Source: an uncultured bacterium
GTDB lineage: Bacteria > DYJV01
Assembly (NCBI GenBank): GCA_964492825.1
Contig: CAZBLP010000004.1
Location: 1-56,376 of the forward strand
Length of the DNA stretch: 56,376 bases
Direction: 5' to 3'
Made by a program: the position numbers and the translations under genes. Below the pieces are notes generated by a model that did not search any database, was not told the DNA's origin, and was given only the letters and a program-made list of their open reading frames with translations. Positions 50,930 to 56,376 of the stretch are shown in pieces. The stretch's first letter is position 1. Each line of letters begins with the position of its first letter.

Positions 50930-53900
50930 TTACATAATTTTTTTAATTTCTACTGAAGTATCACATTCATTTCCAGTAACACCCCAGAAATTCCAACCAT
51001 ATTTCAAATGATAAGAAGGTGCTTTTGTTTCAGGATACTTTACAGATTGAGTAGGTTTTGGCCTAATTGGAGTAATACCGTTAAACCATCCTTTTATTGT
51101 GGTGAACATCTCAGCACCGTTTGCAACTCTTACTTCTCCCTCTTTAATGCCAGCCATAACTTTTGCCCTGCAAATCATTTCTCCGAATTCATTGAATATT
51201 TTAATTTTATCTCCGTCATTTATTCCTCTTTTTAAAGCATCTGCTTTACTCATTAATGCAATTGTCTCACCTCTTTGTAGCCTTAGAAGAATGTCCACAT
51301 CTCTAAATGTTGAATGTGTTCCCCATCTGCCGTGAGGAGTATTCAATTTTAACGGAGCTTTTGTTCTCTTATCAGGAAGTCTGTCAAATTCAGGTTCCTT
51401 GTATATTGGCAGCTCATTTCTCAAATCAAGGAAATATGAATGATCAATGTAAAACTGTTGCCTTCCTGTTAATGTTTTGGCACCAATCATACCAAGATAT
51501 TTTTTACCGAAAAATTTAGGAACCTTCACTTTCCCACCTATAGTAATTTTTTCTTTGGCAAGTTTTCCACCTCCTGGCCATGGCAAAAGTCCTTCCACAT
51601 TTTCAACAAAAGGAGTAAGAGGTCTTCTGCTCTGAGCAGCTGGAAATGGAACAGGAGCTTTTCTAATCAATTTCACAATTCCATCAATGTATCCTTTTAC
51701 ATCTCCTTTAAAAAGTTTGTTTTCTATTATTTGCTGAAGTTCTGGAGCATAGTTGTTTTTATGTGCTTTATACTCATCAGGATTAGGATAAATTATAGGG
51801 CTTTTAGTTAGGATAAATTTGGCTGATTTAACATCAGTGTCCATTTTCCCATTAGCTGTAAATACAGAATAAACTTTTGTAAAATCAATGGTTTGTTTTT
51901 TTTCTGTATCTTTCCATTTTCCATCCCACCTGCCTGTTGCTACCAATTTATGGGAATAATTCTGTATTCCTTTTGCAATTAATTTAAAGATTTCATAATC
52001 TGTTTTTGATTCATATAGAGGTTTTATTACAGGATTGAATGCCTGCAGATATACATGCATAGGAGTAGTTTCAACATCAAATTTTTCGTACCAAGTAGCA
52101 GCCGGTAATACTACATCACAAAAAAGTGCCGTAGAGTTAATCCTAAAATCAATTGTTACCAAAAATTCAAGTTTTTCAGGATCTTTGAACCATTTTAACG
52201 TATTATATCCGCCTTTACCCTGGTTTAAGAAATTTGACCTCCAAATTATCATTGCTCGTGGCTTTTTCGGTGGTTTTGGATAAACAGGTATCCATTTTTT
52301 TGCAAGAGATTTAATAAGCAGATAATAATTGTAAGCCCAGCCATCATCTTTATTAGCACTAACAGGTAAACCATTAGGTAGTCTTTTCAATTTGCCTGAT
52401 TCTATATCCTTTACTATTTCAGGATATGTTTTGCCAAGTTTATACAGTTCTGCATCATAATGTGACCAAACAAAAAGAGTAGCATTTTGAGGTCTTGCTT
52501 TTAGTATCATTCCATATTTTCCAAGACCGCTTAGCCATACTTTATATTGCCCTGTATATTGGCTGAAACCTGAACCGGTTTTCCCAACATTACCAGTAAG
52601 AGCAAGCATTAATATCATTGAACGGTTATTAATATCATTGTTAAACCAGTGGTTAACTCCACCGCCACCAATAATCATTGCAGGTTTTTTACTAACAAGG
52701 TCAAGAGCAAATTCTTTTAATGTCGCCTCACCTATACCGGTTATTTGAAAAACTTTACCAGGTGTAAATTTTGAAACTTCTTTTTTAAGTTTGTTAAAAA
52801 CAGTTTCTACCTGAACTTTCATTCCGTTCTTAAGAGTAATTTCTCCTTCATAAAATAGAGAAGGATCAATATTGTATTTTTTCAGATTAAGTGTATCTCT
52901 GTTATCACCAAGAGTTCCTGGTGGATTAACTATCATCATTGAATTATTATCATAAACAAAAAGTTTAAAAGCATTTCCACCTGATTTCACATCAGCTTCA
53001 GTGAGGAATTTACCATTATCTTTTCTAATAATAAAAGGCAAATCAGTAAAAGTTTTAACATATTCATGGTCAAAACTGTGGCTTGAAATTAAATAATTAA
53101 TAACACCATTTGCAAATGCTGCATCAGTACCAGGCTTTGGCGAAATAAAAACATCGCCCATTCTTGCTGTAGCATTGTAATCTGTCATAATAGTATAAAT
53201 TTTTGTGCCTCTGTATTTGGATTCTTGCAATAGATGAGCTGCTGCAAGTCTTGATTCAGCAACATTTGCTCCCCAGAAAATAAGAAGTTTTGCATTTTTC
53301 CAGTCAGCTTCTTCACTTTCTTCTGTTTGAACTGCCCATGTCATTGGCTCTCCTGGAGGTAAATCACAGTACCAATCATAAAAACTCAATGGGCCACTTG
53401 CTCCCATAATTTTACAAAGCCTGTAGCCTGCACCTGCTGATACATAACTGTAAGCAGGAATTGCAGAAAAAAATACAACTTCATCTGAACCATGCTTTCT
53501 TGAAATATCAGTAAGTTTTTTGGAAATCAGGCTTATTGCTTCGTCCCATGTTGCTCTTCTGAATTTCCCTTCTCCTCTTTTCCCAACTCTTATTAAAGGA
53601 TGTTTCAATCTCATATCACCGTAAACATATCTGAGATAACTTGCACCTCTTAAACAACCACGTGGATTATAATATTTACCGAGAACTTTGTCATAAGTGT
53701 CGTAATCACCTGCCGGAGCAATTTCTACAATGTATTTGTCTCCTTTTACAAAAGCATTCCAGCCACAAGCTTGAGTACAGTTTGCAGAACATACACTTCT
53801 TATAACTTTGTCATAATCAAATACTTTTCTTAATTTGTCTTCGCTAACTTTGTGAAGTTTTCTGCCCACAAATTTTCCTGCATAAAGATTTTCAGAAATT

Positions 53901-53986
53901 AATGGTAAAGCTGTAAGCCCTGCTAATCCTCCTGCAACTGTTCCTAAAAACTTACGTCTTGTAATTTTTCTACTGTTTCCTGACAT
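50930..53986 (-). CDS. Tat-exported DMSO-reductase family type II molybdoenzyme alpha subunit (periplasmic NarG-like)
   Basis: TRRKFL Tat motif; CSANCTQAC...RGC FS0; SFYDWYCDLPP with Asp Mo ligand; TPHGRWGTHS. Confidence 0.88.
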   Translation of the reverse strand: MSGNSRKITRRKFLGTVAGGLAGLTALPLISENLYAGKFVGRKLHKVSEDKLRKVFDYDKVIRSVCSANCTQACGWNAFVKGDKYIVEIAPAGDYDTYDKVLGKYYNPRGCLRGASYLRYVYGDMRLKHPLIRVGKRGEGKFRRATWDEAISLISKKLTDISRKHGSDEVVFFSAIPAYSYVSAGAGYRLCKIMGASGPLSFYDWYCDLPPGEPMTWAVQTEESEEADWKNAKLLIFWGANVAESRLAAAHLLQESKYRGTKIYTIMTDYNATARMGDVFISPKPGTDAAFANGVINYLISSHSFDHEYVKTFTDLPFIIRKDNGKFLTEADVKSGGNAFKLFVYDNNSMMIVNPPGTLGDNRDTLNLKKYNIDPSLFYEGEITLKNGMKVQVETVFNKLKKEVSKFTPGKVFQITGIGEATLKEFALDLVSKKPAMIIGGGGVNHWFNNDINNRSMILMLALTGNVGKTGSGFSQYTGQYKVWLSGLGKYGMILKARPQNATLFVWSHYDAELYKLGKTYPEIVKDIESGKLKRLPNGLPVSANKDDGWAYNYYLLIKSLAKKWIPVYPKPPKKPRAMIIWRSNFLNQGKGGYNTLKWFKDPEKLEFLVTIDFRINSTALFCDVVLPAATWYEKFDVETTPMHVYLQAFNPVIKPLYESKTDYEIFKLIAKGIQNYSHKLVATGRWDGKWKDTEKKQTIDFTKVYSVFTANGKMDTDVKSAKFILTKSPIIYPNPDEYKAHKNNYAPELQQIIENKLFKGDVKGYIDGIVKLIRKAPVPFPAAQSRRPLTPFVENVEGLLPWPGGGKLAKEKITIGGKVKVPKFFGKKYLGMIGAKTLTGRQQFYIDHSYFLDLRNELPIYKEPEFDRLPDKRTKAPLKLNTPHGRWGTHSTFRDVDILLRLQRGETIALMSKADALKRGINDGDKIKIFNEFGEMICRAKVMAGIKEGEVRVANGAEMFTTIKGWFNGITPIRPKPTQSVKYPETKAPSYHLKYGWNFWGVTGNECDTSVEIKKIM

Positions 53987-54031
53987 CCCCCCTCCTCCTT
54001 TTTAAATATTTTATGCTTGGGAAATTATTGT

Positions 54032-54101
54032 ATTTTATATACATTATATTAAAGTAAATTTGCTGTAAAATAGTGTTATTTTCTTGTAAAGATTCTGTAA
54101 A
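54032..54101 (-). promoter_or_regulatory. promoter module A: five phased TTTACA-type direct repeats + -10 region (molybdoenzyme operon)
   Basis: minus strand TTTACA-gaatc-TTTACA-agaaa-ATAACA-ctat-TTTACA-gcaaa-TTTACT-N9-TGTA-TATAAAAT. Confidence 0.7.
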
Positions 54102-54304
54102 AAAAAGGAAAATTGGATTTTGTTGATAGAATTTAGGATATAGTTTTTTTATAATTCTATAATCCAGTTATAAATTTATATAACAGTTTAATGTGGAGGG
54201 TATAGTAATTCAACATTTTATACAAAGTATTTACAATCATTCAATCAATTACAGTCAATTACAATTAATAACCATAAATAACTAATTCTTCATTATTAAT
54301 TGTA

Positions 54305-54868
54305 TTATTTTAAATTTTCTTTAAAAATAGTTATTTTTTTACCTTTCTCCAATTTGTCAACAAGTTTTTTGTATAATTTTTTCTCTTTTCCAAGTGCAAT
54401 ATAGTCTCTTGCCGTAACTCTATCAACTCCTTTATGTTTTTTCACATAATCATCAATTTCCTCTGTAGTGACTTTAACCTTTTTAGAAATGTTTTCAATA
54501 AAATATTGCCTTAGAACTATGGTTGTCTGATAAGAATTGTCTTTTTTTAAGAAACTGTGTTTTTTAAAATTTTCCTTCATGGTTTTTCTTCCAAAATAAC
54601 CTTTTTCCCTTGCGTCTTCGATAATAAGAGTTCTTTCTATTAAATGATTCAACATTTTTAATTTTTCATCCAAGGTTGAAGGCTTTTTATTAAAAAGATT
54701 AAGAAAGTCGATATAATCCTGATAAGTAATTTCCATATTATTTATCTTTGCAACAATAATTTTCTCACTTGATTTAACAGGTGCATTGTTTTTTTTGTCC
54801 ACAGACGCTGCCAACAAAACAGGCAATATTACAACAATAAGAATAGTGTTAAAAATTTTTATTTTCAT
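54305..54868 (-). CDS. secreted SurA N-terminal-domain-like protein
   Basis: signal peptide; IVAKINNMEIT...LNHLIERTLIIEDAREKG; no PPIase core seen. Confidence 0.6.
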   Translation of the reverse strand: MKIKIFNTILIVVILPVLLAASVDKKNNAPVKSSEKIIVAKINNMEITYQDYIDFLNLFNKKPSTLDEKLKMLNHLIERTLIIEDAREKGYFGRKTMKENFKKHSFLKKDNSYQTTIVLRQYFIENISKKVKVTTEEIDDYVKKHKGVDRVTARDYIALGKEKKLYKKLVDKLEKGKKITIFKENLK

Positions 54869-54948
54869 AAAAAATATTCCTCCTTAAAAGTTTTAAAGTA
54901 AAATTAAAATAAACAAAACTTTTTTTTAAGTCAATTGCAAATAATAAT

Positions 54949-55018
54949 TTTACAAAATCTTTACAAAAAATTTACACACTTTAACCCCAAATTTACTTTT
55001 ATTAGTTGTATATAATAT
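54949..55018 (+). promoter_or_regulatory. promoter module B: five phased TTTACA-type direct repeats + -10 region (Rieske/cytochrome b operon)
   Basis: TTTACA-aaatc-TTTACA-aaaaa-TTTACA-cact-TTAACC-ccaaa-TTTACT-N9-TGTA-TATAATAT. Confidence 0.7.
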
Positions 55019-55055
55019 CAACCTTAAAAATAAGCAAGTAAAGGAGGTGTGTAAA

Positions 55056-55508
55056 ATGGCTGATGAAGAAAAAAAAGAAGATTTGTCAAGAAGAGATTTT
55101 ATGTCCAATTTTGCAGCTGGTATTGGTATAGCAGCAGTTGGAGTAACTTCCGCAGTCTATGGTTTCAAATACCTTGTTCCCCCTTCTAAGAAAAAGAAAG
55201 AAGTAAAAGTTTTAATGGCTAAAGCTAATGAAATTAAGCCTGGAGAAGCAAAAGAATTTTTTGACGGACAGGGTAGAAAAGCTCTGCTTGTTAATCAAAA
55301 TGGCAAAATTAAAGCTTTTTCAAAAATCTGCACTCATCTTGGATGTGAGGTTGAATGGAAACCTGAAGAAAATATTTTCTTCTGTCCCTGTCATTTAGGC
55401 AAATTTGATGCAAACGGTAAAAACATTGCAGGTCCTCCGCCTCGTCCTCTTGATGAGTTTAAAGTAGAGGTAAAGGATAATTTTGTTTTTGTTACTTTAA
55501 TAGTTTAA
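55056..55508 (+). CDS. Rieske [2Fe-2S] protein of a Rieske/cytochrome b complex
   Basis: SRRDFM Tat anchor, CTHLGC and CPCHLG boxes; GGAGG RBS favours ATG 55056. Confidence 0.93.
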   Translation: MADEEKKEDLSRRDFMSNFAAGIGIAAVGVTSAVYGFKYLVPPSKKKKEVKVLMAKANEIKPGEAKEFFDGQGRKALLVNQNGKIKAFSKICTHLGCEVEWKPEENIFFCPCHLGKFDANGKNIAGPPPRPLDEFKVEVKDNFVFVTLIV

Positions 55509-55523
55509 AGGAGGTGAGAATAT

Positions 55524-56376
55524 ATGATTAATGCTCAAAATATGAGTACATGGGAAAAATTTAAAGCAGTTGTGCTTGACGAAGATCTGCCTGAACATAT
55601 GAAAATATGGTGGTGGTGTCTTGGAGGAGTGCCTGCTGTTCTTCTTTTAATATTGATAATTACCGGGATTCTCCTTGCAATGAATTATTCTCCTACAATC
55701 AGCGGTGCCTATGAAAGCGTAAATTACATTACCAACAATATAAGATATGGATGGTGGTTAAGAGCTATTCATAAATGGTCAGCAGAGTTAATGGTAGTTA
55801 CTGTTTCATTGCATGTTATAAGAGTGTTTTTTACTCGCGCTTATACAAAACCAAGAGAATATGTATGGATGTCAGGGGTTCTACTTTTACTTATGACACT
55901 ATTTGCAGGTTTTACAGGTTATTCTTTGCTTTATACCCAGAAATCTTATTGGGCAGTTACAGCTGGTACAAATTTGGCCGGGAAAATTGCCATTGTAGGT
56001 CCATTCTTGCAAAAATTGCTAATTGCAGGTGACTCTTTTAATAAATTCACTTTAAGCAGATTCCTGATTTTACACGGTGCAGTTGTTCCTGCTGTAATAG
56101 GCGGTATAATTTTTATTCACATAATTCTTCTGAGAAAAGTTGGAGTAAGTGAGTTAAATGGAGGAGGCAAAACATATAAATTTTATCCCGACCATATTAT
56201 GACTGAAGTTATTATAGGTTTAATGTTGCTTTTCTTTATGACTGTTCTTGCAATAGTTTTTCCTTTAGAACCTGGAGTAAAAGCCAATCCTCTTGTTACT
56301 CCGCTGCATATTAAACCTGAGTGGTATTTTTATCCTATGTTTAAGTGGATAAAATTAACCTCACAATGGATAGGAT
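55524..56376 (+). CDS. cytochrome b/b6 (fused b6 + subunit IV), truncated by window end
   Basis: hand-translated open frame from ATG 55524 (AGGAGG RBS): WWWCLGG, IHKW, LHVI, LHGA, IHII, IKPEWYFYP; absent from the ORF track because the stop lies outside the window. Confidence 0.92.
   Translation, partial: MINAQNMSTWEKFKAVVLDEDLPEHMKIWWWCLGGVPAVLLLILIITGILLAMNYSPTISGAYESVNYITNNIRYGWWLRAIHKWSAELMVVTVSLHVIRVFFTRAYTKPREYVWMSGVLLLLMTLFAGFTGYSLLYTQKSYWAVTAGTNLAGKIAIVGPFLQKLLIAGDSFNKFTLSRFLILHGAVVPAVIGGIIFIHIILLRKVGVSELNGGGKTYKFYPDHIMTEVIIGLMLLFFMTVLAIVFPLEPGVKANPLVTPLHIKPEWYFYPMFKWIKLTSQWIG

Noticed and set aside
31138-53986. Selenocysteine readthrough in HdrA, MvhD or the molybdoenzyme
   Set aside because: The relevant positions are Cys or Asp in continuous ORFs, and the short HdrA ends in TAA, so no in-frame UGA is needed.
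50930-53986. Firm call as perchlorate reductase (pcrA) or nitrite oxidoreductase (nxrA)
   Set aside because: No cld or pcrC in the window, and the Mo-ligand segment is NarG-type rather than Nitrospira Nxr-type; substrate left open.
49900-54149. 16-bp direct repeat flanking the alpha/beta genes as a target-site duplication of a mobile element
   Set aside because: No integrase or transposase, the chaperone and regulators lie outside the repeats, and both copies sit within members of the dispersed hairpin family.
54232-54270. TACAATCAT/TCAATCAAT/TACAGTCAAT short tandem units as a CRISPR remnant
   Set aside because: Units are only 9-10 bp, degenerate, without spacers, and there are no cas genes.

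Overview
AT-rich (roughly 30% GC by eye) bacterial chromosome segment from an anaerobic diderm. lpxC, sigma-54 promoters and the ilvH-ilvC-psd-pssA-leuA gene order look Desulfobacterota/Deferribacterota-like, but taxonomy is inference only. No rRNA, tRNA, CRISPR array or transposase was seen. Left part (1-13.2 kb): mixed accessory and housekeeping genes, including an Ltp2-like thiolase-fold/DUF35 pair and a secreted PD40 beta-propeller + GH114 fusion. Middle (13.2-28.2 kb): glnB-glnA with a divergent NifA-like activator, then a reshuffled minus-strand run tig-clpP-ilvH-ilvC-psd-pssA-leuA-leuC-dnaG-rpoD. Two energy-metabolism systems stand out. (1) 28.3-43.1 kb: a co-oriented cluster of two-subunit fumarase, two HdrC-HdrB-HdrA modules, MvhD, an FdhB/FrhB-like protein and a membrane-anchor-less FrdBA/TfrA-like fumarate reductase. 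Its HdrA units are complementary asymmetric halves, split in module 1 and fused in module 2. This is a candidate soluble flavin-bifurcating or thiol-linked fumarate reductase. (2) 47-56.4 kb: a Tat-exported NarG-like molybdoenzyme (alpha, beta, chaperone, no gamma subunit) with a heme-c sensor kinase/OmpR pair, divergent from a low-potential Rieske/cytochrome b6-like operon. Both operons carry a near-identical 70-bp promoter module with five phased TTTACA-type repeats, which points to co-regulation.
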